From NCBI RefSeq assembly GCF_963506605.1, contig NC_083282.1, positions 9,424,001 through 9,488,000 on the forward strand: a stretch of 64,000 bases of DNA, read 5' to 3'. The first letter of the stretch is position 1, and each line of letters opens with the position of its first letter. The translations under genes were made by a program, and so were the position numbers. This DNA comes from Zootoca vivipara. Lineage: Eukaryota. This document shows, piece by piece, positions 1 to 11,941 of this stretch. The notes beneath the pieces are model-generated. The model ran no database searches. It was not told the origin of the DNA and worked only from the letters and a program-made list of their open reading frames with translations.

Positions 1-56
1 AAGGATGCCACAACAGGCAGCAGCAAGCGTGTCGTCCACCACCGGCACCTACCCAC

Positions 57-2138
57 CTTGACAGCTCGCTCATCTTTGATTTTTTCCACCTCAATTAATT
101 TCCGGTCGCAGAGCTCCCAGCAGTTTGGCGACAGGATAATTTCACTTGCTTTCGCCAAGTTCTGGGCCAACCGCACTTCATCCACTGCCCGACCGATTAC
201 CAGGAAATACTGGTGCCTGTTGTCTCCGACCACAACTTTTGAGATGTGACCTGCAGATAGTCCTGGAGAAAGGTACAACATCGTAATCCATTTGAACACA
301 TCACAGAAATGGCTAGATTAACAAAGGAGAGAATGCATGAATGAATGAAAACATATAAACAAAACAAAAATCAGGCAAGATTCCTGATTAATTGTCCAAG
401 AGCATTTATTTAGTAGTTGGGGATTGAAATAATATTTGCTGAAGCAAAAGACGTTTGTTAAGCATCCCAGGTATAACATGAAATCATACATGGCAATGGA
501 AATGAATTCAATAGTTCTCATTTTGCATGGAAATAATTCCCACCATATCCAGGACCATAGCATACCCTCTAGTCGGTTGTTAAGCTGGGACTTAATGGTC
601 TTAAGGGTAAGGGGTATTTAAGTCTATCAAACTATTGTCTCTTTTCTGACTTGGCCCTTCCCTTAGGCTTGCCATATTTCAAAAAGTGAAAATCCGGAAA
701 TAAAAGTTGTTGAGCAATTTTAAGGACATTCACCCGAGAATCTACATTCCTGACATGGGCTGTCATATGTCCGGATTCTCCTAGACATTTCAGCGATTAC
801 CGCCCAGACACTGTTTCCAACGGCCAATTCCCAGGTATGTCTGGGAAATTCCAGAAGTATGGGAGCCCACCGTTTCCTCCTTTTATCTCCTTACAGTTGG
901 GGAGAACAAGGAGCTACTTTGTGAAAGGAACAGTTAACTAAGGGCTCATCGACACCTTGCAGGGGTCCATGAGGTTTTCTACGTGCCCCGTGCAGTTTTG
1001 ACTTTGCCCTGCCTCTTTCCCTGGGGAAAGCCACTCCGTAGCACTGAATTGGAGCCCATGCCAATGTGTGGGAAACCTGACGGATGTTTGCTCTGATTCC
1101 GCAGGAAAGAGCTGGTTTTCCTGGGGGCAAGCAGCAGGACAAGCAGGACTGTGGATGAGCCCTGGCAGACCATGGGAGGAATAGAAGAGATTGTGTAATG
1201 CATGGCTGTTAAGTGAGAGGGATTGCCTGCTGGCTAGAACAAGGGGTTAATTCCATCAACGGTGTCTCTGAAAAATTTTACGCATCCCTTGGGAAGACAG
1301 GGTTAGGGTTAGGGTTAGGGTTAGGGAAGAAGCAAAGATCCCCAGTGTCAAAGCAATGATTCTTCAACATCAACTTCGTTGGACTGGTCATGTTGTGCGG
1401 ATGCCTGGTTATCGTCTTCCAAAGCAGCTACTCTATTCCAAACTTTAAAATGGAAAGCGTAATGCTGGTGGTCAACAGAAGGGTTTAAAGACTCTCTCAA
1501 AGCAAATCTTTAAAAAATGTAGTATAAACGCCGACAACTGGGAAACACTGGACTGCGAGTGCTCCAATTGGAGAACAGCCTTTACCAAAGGTGCGATGGA
1601 CTGTGAAAGCGCTCGAACTCGGGATGAAAGGGCGAAATGTGCTAAGAGGAAGGCATGCTTGGCAAACCCTCACCATGATCAACTCCCACCCAGAAACCTA
1701 TGTCCCCACTGTGGAAGGACGTGTGGATCCAGAATTGGCCTCCACGGTCACTTATGGACTCACTGTTAAGACCATGTTCATGGAAGACAATCTTACTTGG
1801 CTACGAGTGATCGCTAAAGAAGAAGAACCAGGGGGGGAATTATAGCAAGGACCCTGAGTGTGTTCCTGCCTTGCTGTGCCAGCCTGTCCTCTGGTCTCTC
1901 TCAGGCACAGGCACACATTTTGACTTTCCACGCATCACCGGCTCTGAGCTCCAGGTAGGGGAGGATGCAGTACCTATCTTAACGCGCAGCTCCAGTCCCA
2001 CCTCCGTATCGCGAACCCCGTACTCTTGCTGGATGCTGAAGCTACATTTCAGAGCCAGAGTGATGATATCATTTATATGGCATCGCTCCACCTTCCAGAG
2101 TGCCAGCAATGCATCCCCTACAGAAGCCAGAGATAGTA

Positions 2139-2180
<42 letters not shown>

Positions 2181-2244
2181 TATTTATTTATATCCTACCC
2201 ATCTGGCTGGGTTTCCTCAGCCACTCTGGGCAGCTCCCAACAGA

Positions 2245-2288
<44 letters not shown>

Positions 2289-5200
2289 CAATAAACAATA
2301 AAACACCAAACATTAAAAACTTTCCTCAACAGGGCTGCCTTCAGATGTCTTATAAAATTCAGATTATTTCCTTGACATCGGATGGGAGCTGTCACAGTGG
2401 CCTGGGTGGGCTACTTCAGAGTAACGACTCCACACAGCTCTGCATTTTATCCTTTTATTGGTGCTGTGTATTTACAGTGCTGAAAGCAGTGTTATTTACA
2501 GATAGTGGTACATCCTGTCAGTCTTCCACAGTACCTCCGAATGGCGATTCGCGCGTTTTCCCCCAGCAAAGTAATCTAGGCATGCTGAATCTCCGCCCCC
2601 TGCGCTTTTTACGCAATTCCGGAGTAGCTGGGATCGGCCTCCTTCCCACCGTCTCCCTGCTTCCCTGTTCCTTTCCCTGCTGGTGCCTGTGCTCCGCTAA
2701 GGTACTCGAGCTCCTGTTTCCACTTCCTGAATCGCCACTCGAAGTCTCCCCCTCCCCACTGGGGGAGGAGCTGGTATTCAGGATGGGAGGGGGCTCCCGG
2801 TATCTCTTATCCCTCACAGGAGGGCATTCCACAGGGCGGGCGCCACTACCGAGAAGGCCCTCTGCCTGGTTCCCTGTAACCTCACTTCTCGCAGTGAGGG
2901 AACTGCCAGAAGGCCCTCGGAGCTGGACCTCAGTGTCCAGGCAGAACGATGAGGGTGGAGATGTTCCTTCAGAAAGACTTGGATTTGTTACTGAAATTCC
3001 CAGGTGTCAGGAAAGGTTATTTATGTATGCCACTACTGCGGCCCGTGTTTCGTTAGCCCCCAAATGGAAAACGAGCGAATATATTAAGTTGTGTACAGTT
3101 AAAAACGCTGGCAGCATTAAGAGGAATTCAAAAGTGTAAATAAGTTTGATGGAAGCAGTAATGGAATACTGAATGGTATAGTTTTTTGAAAATATGCAGG
3201 GATTTATGATATGTCAAATGAACCATGGAAAGGGAAGAAAGGAAATCATTGATATCTTAAGGGTGTTTTAAATCGTAAAACAGAAAATTTATTAAAAATT
3301 ATATACAAAAAAAGAAGAAAGACTTGGATTTGTGGAACATACAATTGAAAGCACACACACATACACACACAGGTGCGACGCCCACCCACAGAAGGGTCCT
3401 ACCTGCAAATTTCAAGACATCTCCTCCGAACACCAACACCTCTGCAAGGGAAAGAGAAAGGGAGAAGGGTTACAGAAGAATCTTCCACTGCTTCCACAGT
3501 TCTTCTAACTCTCTGTGTGCTCTAAATACCTTAGGAAGACAGGCAAGGGTATAAAGTTTTAAACTGGGGTCATTTACTTCAACACCTCAGCCCCTACCAG
3601 GAGGAAAAAGGAAAGAAAGCTACAGTTAGAACTCAGAAAGGGCACTGCCACTTTCTGCTGCTTTTCCTCTCTGTGGACATTAATTAAAGGCTGTTACTTT
3701 AGTCCACCGGTATCAATCGCCCTTATAGCAACTGTGAGTGCTGGTGCGCCACAATTCCCGGTTTAAAATCCAGGCTTGAGCCCTCAGGAGAGTTCAAGAT
3801 GATCTGAGATTTGAACCTTGATCCAATCAAGAGAGTGCTCTGAACTTGGGCTTAGCCACGGGGCAGTGCCAAAAGGGGGTGCCCTCCACTTGCTCCCCCA
3901 TTTCTGGACTCCTGGAGTCCAGCTCTTGGTCCATCTGGCCCTCGACTGCCTATCGTGACTGACAGCGTCAACAAAGCCCCATCCATTTCGGCCGGAGTCT
4001 CTTCTAGCCCTGCCATCATAAATCCTTTGAACAAAGGTGGCAGCGACTGAAGCCCATTCCAACCTCTGATCTTTCATTTTCTACCTAGGACTTAGGTCAG
4101 CTCAAAATTGGTCCTGGTCATATTTTAGCCCTTGCATGGTTCGCCCGGCACTTCCCGGCACTGTCTGAGTGTCGGGATGATAGAATATCTCTGGAACCAA
4201 TGCAAGGGCTATGAGGGGAGGTTGTAGCCTCCGCCTGCCCCTCCTTGTCAAAGGTATCCTGTTCAAGGGATTCAGGGGTGTGGATCCTGTCTGATGCCCA
4301 GACATGGGCTTGGGCCATAGCTGCCAAGTCTCCCGTATTCCCCGGGAAATCCCAGTTTTTCCAGCTGTTCCTAGCTGAAAAAATGGTTTTTTTTGTTTTC
4401 CCCCGGTTTATTCTGGCGTGGCGGCCATTTTGGAACTGGGCGGAGCATGCTCAGAAGCAATTTTGATGCTGCTCTGCCCAGTTCCAAAATGGCTGCAGTG
4501 CGACTTCTGGCGCGGTGGCCATTTTGGAACTGGGCAAAGCAGCATCAAAAGTCACTTCTGAGCATGCTCCGCCCAGTTCCAAAATGGCGGCAGCACTACT
4601 TCCAGTCTGCTACTTTCTGCCCAGTCCCTTATTTCTCCGACAGCAACTTGGCAGGTATGGCTTGGGCCATGCCACAACCCCAACGGGGACCCCTCGGGGT
4701 GCCCCTATTTGATGTAAGTCATAGGGCTCTATTGGTGGTTTACCCTTAGTTGGACGCCCTGCAGATGGGCAGGAGTCCAGATATAGCCTGGCTTCACCAA
4801 ACCACTTGCATCTGTAACCAATAAGGTTGTGGCCTATTTCAACCCATAAACCAAAATAATGGTGTACGTGTGCTCATTATCTACTAAGGAACTGCGGGGT
4901 TATGGGGTCTTGGCACTCAAGTTGCCCTACTTACCTTCCACAATGTCTCCCACATAGTTATTAAGGGCCAGTGTTAGCTCATCGGCACTGCGGTCGAGGT
5001 TGGTGGTCATGCTGAACTTTTCAGTCAGCGCCGTGAATCCTGTAAGATATGTAAGCACTTGCTATTAACCAGACACATCTTGAGTTACAGCCAAGAGTAT
5101 GGAAGTGGGAAAGGCAGGCGGAAGGTTTCACATCACTTTGGGAGAGGGTTTCTTTCCTTCCTTCTCTTCCCCCCCCCCAATATTTTATTATGCTGGTTTC

Positions 5201-5494
5201 TGTTTTGGATCCAAACCTATGAGAGAAGCGAGAGACCCTCTCGGGGTGCAAGGCTTTGAACTCCTCCCCATCAGGCTCTGTGTAAATCACCCATATGTCA
5301 TAAAGACACCACAGTCTCTGCTGTGCCGCCTTTCCAAACTCTGCGTAAGCACTGGAACCCCTGGATTCTCGCCCTGCTGAGGAGATTGGGGTGGCATGAA
5401 ATGATATGAATGCCTGAGAAGCTGGATTTATTTTCAGTACGGAGGGGGTTGCGCATCCTTTACCCATCGGGACAACAATTTGAAGTCTCTCAAC

Positions 5495-5526
<32 letters not shown>

Positions 5527-5734
5527 TGAGGTGCCTCCAAAATCTGCTCCCCTGACTCCTGACCCCGATCTCCCTTGGCCTACCTGAAATGTCCACAAAG
5601 AGCAGCACGCCATCGAAGCTCTCGATGAAAGGCACTTCCTGGGAGAAATCGCCATACACTATGAGGTCGGGGACATGAGCAGCTACTTTGCCGAGGTTTG
5701 AGATCTCAATCTGCTTCTTGTCGTCACTGGTCAT
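57..5734 (-). CDS. ADCY10: Soluble adenylyl cyclase type 10 (ADCY10 or ADCY10-like), 5' part, continues beyond the left edge. Coding exons 5734-5584, 5039-4935, 3441-3403, 2117-1974, 262-57
   Basis: Spliced translation MTSDDKKQ...DGVLLFVDIS/GFTALTEKFS...YVGDIVE/EVLVFGGDVLKFA/GDALLALWKVE...LRVKI/GLSAGHISKVVVGD...AVDEVRLAQ...ERAVK matches the sAC C1 domain. All junctions are GT-AG; exon sizes 151/105/39/144/206 keep frame and resemble the mammalian exon structure as recalled. Confidence 0.93.
1299..1326 (+). repeat. Short interstitial telomeric repeat, about (TTAGGG)4
   Basis: agggttagggttagggttagggttaggg. Confidence 0.85.
1330..1828 (+). mobile_element. RTE-clade LINE 3' fragment (degraded)
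   Basis: QLRWTGHVVRMP..RLPKQLLY-like C-terminal remnant and (GAA)n tail; a homologous copy lies at 61866-62540 on the opposite strand. Confidence 0.75.
2140..2970 (-). mobile_element. L2-type LINE 3' end with (TAA)n tracts, interrupted by a solo LTR
   Basis: Shares sequence with the L2 3' ends at 6195-6480, 18898-19325 and 29600-30085. Confidence 0.75.
2390..2818 (-). mobile_element. Solo LTR (Gypsy/ERV-type), 429 bp
   Basis: TGT...ACA termini, 5-bp target duplication GGAGC/GGAGG, AATAAA on the - strand at about 2454-2459. The L2 sequence resumes exactly on both sides. Confidence 0.75.
2975..3315 (+). mobile_element. L1-like LINE 3' fragment
   Basis: [24 protein letters not shown] remnant, homologous to 6851-7129 and 9896-10126; A-rich tail. 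Confidence 0.65.
4316..4659. mobile_element. hAT-like MITE with TIR CATAGCTGCCAAGT
   Basis: TIRs CATAGCTGCCAAGT / ACTTGGCAGGTATG, perfect 8-bp TSD GCTTGGGC, internal inverted and tandem units. Confidence 0.85.
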
Positions 5735-6189
5735 TCTTGCTGAGCATTTATGGAGACTCTGTCTCAGAGCTGGCGAAGAGAGGCATTAGGACTTCTTCCC
5801 TGGCGCCTTGGGACCGGGAGGGGTGGCTCCTTCCCACACCTGCGTCGTCAGCAGCATCTCTTGGGTCAGCCGCATGTCACAATGAAGTGACAGCGGGCTC
5901 TTCTCCAATAGCAGTTACTTAAAGGTGTTTCCTTCCTAACAACGGTTGCTAGGCTAAACGTACTCATTTTGCCAAGGAACCTACTGGGCCAAGGGCCACT
6001 GCATGCCCCCACCCAGCTCAGGGGTCGGCAAATCTTTTTAGCCGCTGGCCAGTCCACTGTCCCTCAGACCCTGTGGCGGGACGGAGAAGCAGCACTCGGG
6101 GGGGGGGGAGCTGGAAGAAGAGACGAGGGGGGCAAGTAGTCCTCCTCTCCAACCCCCAACCCCCAGCCGCAACCGCTCCACTATAATAA

Positions 6190-6480
6190 TAATATTATTA
6201 ATTTATTATTTATACCCCGCCCATCTGGCTGGGTTTCCCCAGCCACTCTGGGCGGCTTCCAACTGAATATTAAAACAGTACAGCATTAAACATTAAAAAC
6301 TTCCCTAAACAGGGCCGCCTTCAGTTGTCTTCTAAAAGTAAAATAGTTACTTATTGCCTTGACATCTGCTGGGAGGGCGTTCCACAGGACGGGTGCCACT
6401 ACCAAGAAGGCCCTCTGTCTGGTTCCCTGTAACCTCACTTCTCGCAATGAGGGAACCGCCAGAAGGCCCTCGGTGCTGGC
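6190..6480 (-). mobile_element. L2 LINE 3' fragment
   Basis: Homologous to the other L2 3' ends in the window (LQGTRQRAF..VAP.LWNALP remnant). Confidence 0.7.
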
Positions 6481-6699
6481 CACTTAGCTTCCCAGGGGCT
6501 GCCACCACCGCCACCGCTGCTTCTCATGGGTAGGCAAAGCGAGCTCATCCACACTGCTCTCTGGCCCACAGGAGCACCAGGGTGGTGATGGCGGTGGCGG
6601 AGGGAAAATGAATGGTGCAAAAGGGATGGGTCTGGAGAGGGGCTGCCCAAAATGGCACTCAGCCAGCTCAGCCCAGCCCCCTCCCTCCCTCTAGGCAGG

Positions 6700-7230
6700 G
6701 CAGGAAGAAACCATTTTACATCCTTAAAGTAGCAATGACTTCCGTTCTTCTCTTTCCATGGTTCATTTTACATATCATAAATCCCTGCATATTTCACGGA
6801 GACTATACCCATTCAGTATTCCATCATTACATCCATCAGAACTATTGAATTTATCTTAATGCTGCCAGCGTTTTCAGCTGTACACAATGATTTCCCATAT
6901 ATAGAATAAACGTTTTCCAATCTTCTCTAAACGTATGTTCTTCTTGATCTCTTATTCTGTATGTTAACTCTGCAAGCTGCGCATATTCTGTCAACTTAAG
7001 TTGCCATTCTTCTTTAGTTGGGACCTTGCTCATTTTCCATTTGGGGGCTAACAAAACACGGGCCGCAGTAGTGACATACATATATAACCTTTCTTGACAC
7101 CTGGGAATTTCAGTCTGAATTATCCCCAACAGAAAGGACTCTGGGTTTTTTTTTGGGGGGGGGGTGAAGTATTTTAAACATTTTTTTCCAATTCATTATA
7201 GATCATTTCCCAATACTATTTCACCCTTTT
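6700..7230 (-). mobile_element. L1-like LINE 3' fragment
   Basis: ORF 6851-7129 encodes an L1 ORF2 C-terminal-like peptide (AARVLLAPKWK...PTKEEW). Confidence 0.7.
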
Positions 7231-7470
7231 ACCCTTCCAAGGGCAAATCTATAGCACAGACTTAAAGTAGCTTTACTGTCCTTCCCTCTCCCCAGGAAAC
7301 TTGGGAACTGGCGCTCTGGAGGGATGCCTCATGCCCCACACCCCAGTTAGAATTCCTGGGATATTTGGTGGGAAGCCTTGCTGGGTAAACTTGCATAAGA
7401 CCAATATTGGCTTATGGTGTAGACAAGAATATTGGCTTATGGTGTAGATACACTGAAACAGAAGTCACCA

Positions 7471-7471
<1 letters not shown>

Positions 7472-7557
<86 letters not shown>
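7472..7557. repeat. Compound (CA)n(TA)n microsatellite
   Basis: Read directly. Confidence 0.95.
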
Positions 7558-7559
<2 letters not shown>

Positions 7560-7857
7560 CAAAAGAATTTCAGAAACAGACTTGAAAGAGAAGTTGCTGA
7601 ATTACCGTACAACTTATCACTAAACTGAAAACTATAGAGAGACCTGGTCTGAATATTAGATTCCTGTCTCATTACATATGCTAATCATCTGCATACTATC
7701 CCTTGTTTTTTCCTGTAGGACTAATTGCAGTTGTTAACAGTCGTCAACAGGTTTACCATACCCATTGAGTCAATCACCCATCTCCTACTACCTTCCTGAG
7801 AAAAACCCCACCCCACCCTCCCCCTATATATAAGGGTCTGGTGATTTCTGTTTCAGT

Positions 7858-7895
7858 GTATCTGAAGAAGTGTGCATGCACACGAAAGCTCATAC
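7858..7895 (+). ncRNA. Minimal type I hammerhead ribozyme motif (Penelope-associated)
   Basis: GUAU-CUGAAGA-A-GUGUG(CAUG)CACAC-GAAA-GC-UC-AUAC: conserved core, stem II, palindromic mini stem III, 4-bp stem I. Confidence 0.75.
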
Positions 7896-8105
7896 TTAGT
7901 TGGTCTCTAAGGTGCTACTGGACAATTTTTTTATTTTTTTTATATATTTCGACTGCATCACACCAACAGTACTACCTACCTGAATCCAGCAGGTAGAGTT
8001 TTTTATAGATAACAAATTGGATGATTAAAAAGTTGTGGATTACGTGGAGCAGTAGAAAAGCAAAAGGAACCAGGAAAAGGATGGAAGGGAAGTCATACGG
8101 TATAC

Positions 8106-8419
8106 AAGGGGTGGCCAACTTCCAAGAGACTGTGATCTACTCACAGAGTTAAAAACTGGCAGTGATCTACCCCCTTTTGGAGGGGTTCAGGTCGAGGTTG
8201 TTGAGCTTTTTTTTAGGAAGGAAAGACATCCATGTTTTGTGGGGTTCGGGTCAAAGTTGAGCTCTTTTTTTTAAGGAAGGAAAGCCCTGTTTTGGGAGCT
8301 TCAGGGCAAAGATGTAGAGGGAGCCAAAGTTGCTGAGCTGCTTTGGGGGGAGACAGTGATCTACCACAGACATCCAGTGATCTACCAGTAGATCACGATC
8401 TACCTGTTGGACATGCCTG
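8106..8419. mobile_element. hAT-Charlie-like MITE
   Basis: Degenerate TIRs (aaggggtggccaac / gttggacatgcctg), repeated gatctac motifs; related to 54029-54297. Confidence 0.6.
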
Positions 8420-8716
8420 TGGTATATGTATACATGCCGTATTTGGTATGACGTTGTAAGTGGGACAGGGGGAGGGGAGGGGGTTAAATATGCTCTTTGT
8501 TCCTGTTTTTGAAAATGCAATTTAAAAAAAAAACAAGAATATATGACCTAGGCAGTAACTCCTTGATACATCATAACTCCAGATTTGTGGGCCAAACTGG
8601 TGATGTCATAAAGACAACTGGTACCAACTGGGATGACAGGGGAGCTGCTCCAGCAGCAGGAAGCACTTCTCCTTTAGTGCTGAAGGGAAACCCTTCTTCC
8701 GTTTAAGGTGCATAGG

Positions 8717-10762
8717 ATGGGCCGTCTTCTTCTGCCATCTTTCGGTGCTTCCACACCCTTGTGGATAGCCGTTCTCATTGTAATAAAATGGACAGGAAAG
8801 GGCCTTAGCTGTCCAGCAACGTGCAGCTGTGTAGAAAACTCAGTGGACTGCAGCAGGAAGTCTTTAGACAAAGTTCCGGTCTCAATTCCGCTGACCACCA
8901 GGGAGTTGATTCTGTCCGACAACAAACTCGTCACGTTGCCAATATTAGAGATGAGCTATCTGAACGAACTGGTCTATCTGGACTGCAGCCACAACCTGTT
9001 AGAAATGGGCCTGGATTTCACCTTCCCTGGTATAGTCAAGTTGACATACCTAGACCTCAGTTTCAATAGAATCTCTTTTGTAACCCCTCACACTTTCTCG
9101 CAACTCAACAGACTGGTGCTGCTGAATCTCTCAAACAACCCGTTGTTGGTGGAAGTGAAGGACAGATCCTTTGACAGCAACCCCCTTCTGAGATTCGTGG
9201 ATATGAGCGACTGTGGCTTGACGTACATTGGCGGCGAATTATTCAGAGATCTGCGCAACCTTCATACTTTGAAACTGAAGGGGAACCCCTGGAATTGCGA
9301 CTGCAGTTTCTTGGAGTTTTGCAACTGGTTGAAGAAAACTGATGTTGTGTATCCAGGTGAGACCTTTCCCCAGGTGTGAATTCTGTGGGGCGCCTTCTCC
9401 TCTTTGCAGGCACTCAGGGCCGGCCCACCGAGGACGAGGCACCCCGAGAAGCGATACCAAGGAGGAAGAGGAAGCTAAGCATGGGAAAATGGGAGACAAA
9501 GGATGAGCAAGTAAAATACTCAATGATACATTGGACAATAGATATTGGTCATAATATAGACATGGAAGCATGGGAACGATTGTGGGATATAAAATTACAG
9601 CATGTTATGGTCTAAGAGAAAATGATATGAAAATAATATATTGATGGTATCTAACACCGAGTAAATTGGCCAAAATGTATAAGTCTAAATCAAATAAGTG
9701 TTGGAAATGTAAAGAGAAAGAAAGTTCTTTTCATCATATTTGGTGATTTTGTAGTAAGGTTAAAGCTTACTGGGAAATGATATATAATGAATTGAAAAGG
9801 ATGTTTAAAATAACGTTTGTAAAAAAAAAACAACCCAGAAACTTTTCTTTTGGGAATTATAGGGACAGAACTACCTAAACTATAGAAATTTATTAATGTA
9901 TGCTACTACAGCAGCAAGAATGTTTTTCTCCCCAAAATGGAATGAAGCAGAAGTCCCAACAAAGGAAGAATGGATACAAAAACTTATGGAATATGCAGAA
10001 ATGGCAAAACTTACCGGAAGAATAAGAAATCAAGATAACAAACTTTTTATAAAAGAATGGAAATGGTTTATTGAATATTTACAGATAAATTGTAAAAAGA
10101 CAGGAATATTGGCAGGATTATTGTAATAACCTGCCACTTCATAAGAGTATATATTTAAAGTAGATGAATAAATGAGCAAATTAAGTTATTTTGGTTATTC
10201 AGAAAATATTAAAAATAAATTTAGGGAACCACATTATACATTTCACTGATTTTACAATCTTTTTGACATTTTAAAACCTGACTTCTTTCCCCCTCTTTCT
10301 GCAGTTACATACATTTTTGTATCCTTCTTCCTTTGCTGGGACTTTTTATTTCCATTTTTGGGCAAGTAACATTCTTGCCGCAAATATTCGTTTTTTGCTT
10401 GTCCTTGGTCTGTTAAGGTGTAGTCCTATTATACATTTACCAGCCACAATTTAAAATACTGACTGTAACTCCTCTTAAATTTGTTTGTTTTTCCCCCTCC
10501 TTCAGACGCTGAGGAAATGATTTGCAACAAACCAGAACTTCTCAAGGGTCTGACAATCAATGTGGCCGAAACGAAGCTCCACTACCACTGCCTTGTGCAT
10601 TTAGACTTCCAAGATTTTGCCTTCTTGGGTCTGCTTGCCATCTTCATCTTTTTTGGAGGAACTCTGGTGGCCTGGCTGGTTGGTGTATTCGCAGTGATAT
10701 ATTACCACCCCGTAACGAAGGTGGACGAGGAATTGGAGGAGGAGGAATACAGCCCGATTTAG
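8717..10762 (+). CDS. LRRC52: LRRC52-like paralog A (BK/Slo3 channel gamma-2 subunit). Exons 8717-9356 and 10506-10762, 298 aa
   Basis: Signal peptide, LRRNT (CPATCSC...VDC), LRRs ([18 protein letters not shown]), LRRCT (GNPWNCDC...C), TM segment ([29 protein letters not shown]) and acidic tail. Phase-1 GT-AG intron. Lies upstream of MGST3, as LRRC52 does in mammals. Confidence 0.9.
9470..10235 (+). mobile_element. L1-like LINE 3' fragment in the LRRC52-A intron
   Basis: WYLTP..KCWKC..H.WW zinc-knuckle remnant followed by ORF 9896-10126. Confidence 0.75.
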
Positions 10763-11941
10763 ACCTGCTGTTTTGGAGCTCTGAGAAGTGTCAATGGCTA
10801 ATGCCTTGTAGCCCTTCTGTTTCACTGCAAAATCCATTTGCGGGCGTTTCCCCACCTTCCGAGGAAGGTCTCACTTTCCCCCACCTGTGTGTGCCCGAGT
10901 ATAACCTTGCGGTATAGAACGGGGCCTGACTCTGCCAGGTGTCAGCGCCAGGGCAAAGGACATGGGAGATTGGATGCTTCCAAGGTGCAAGTCTCGGCCC
11001 ACGAAGCATCAAAGGAGTCAAGTGGGAAGGAGGTTCCTGGAGGGCGAGTGTGATAGGCAACACTTGGTGGCCCACATGCTCAGTAAGAGCTGAGGACATT
11101 TCTGAAAGGGCCCCTAAGCAAAGGATAACTGAGGCCATTGGTTTAGAGGAGTGGGGTCAGATATTGAATTTGTCTCCGGGAACCTGTGTGCGCTTCACGC
11201 ATGACCTTCAAACATACTTGCACGAAGGGAATCTTTTATGTGGGTCAACTGCCCACCATGCTGGGGGGGGGAAATGTCCAAAAGAGCTCCAAAACCAGAA
11301 AATCATACCCACAACAAGAGCATGAATTTAAATGGCTTTCCTTACAGGGGAGGGAGAGGGGAGAATCCTGTTAATCAATGGGGTGAAGAATTGAAACCAA
11401 ATCATGAGTGCCTTTCCCCTAATACCTGCTACATTCACAGTCCTAAACTAAACCAATAAATTCCTGAAATAGAGAGAGTACTCAAACTAACCATAGTGGT
11501 GGAAAATGGGCGGGATCCTGTCCATTCAGCAAGAAAACTCCCCAAAATGGAGAAAGATTGAAAGTTGCCTATTCGGTGCTTCGAAGAGCTCTTGCAGATG
11601 TAAACAGGTCACAAACTCATGTGCTTGTGTGTTTTATTATTTTTATTTTATTTTGACAAAGTCATAATCAGAATAAAAATGTGCTCCCCACCACCGAGAC
11701 CATTCCATTGTACACTAGTGGCCAAAATTGTGGAAACCTTTTGGGGGAAGTGTATTTCCGAGGTTTGATGGCTCACAACACCACTTTTGGGGGGAGTAAT
11801 ACCATAAAATTATATATCAATGGAAAGATAATTTAATGAAGAATGTAATGGACTCTAAAAGATTGGGGGGGGGGTTAGACGTCTGAATTAAGCTCCCGCA
11901 CACAAGGCCTGCCTGCCTTCTCAGTCTTGGACTCTCTAAAG

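Larger units (their letters stand above)
7445..7990 (+). mobile_element. Penelope-like element fragment with a terminal inverted segment and a hammerhead motif
   Basis: 7445-7473 is the inverse of 7836-7863. Carries the ctgaagaagtgtgcatgcacacgaaagctcatac...ttagttggtctctaaggtgctactgga module seen five times in the window. Confidence 0.7.

Noticed and set aside
2345-3139. 264-aa ORF
   Set aside because: Chimera of L2, solo LTR and L1 sequence, antisense in an ADCY10 intron; no protein motif.
4665-4920. Possible second solo LTR
   Set aside because: AATAAA and a terminal CA are present, but I could not define a 5' TG or a TSD.
5021-5583. C-terminal part of the 237-aa ORF 5021-5734
   Set aside because: Intronic read-through past the donor at 5583, including a (AAAG)n tract; only the first 50 codons are ADCY10.
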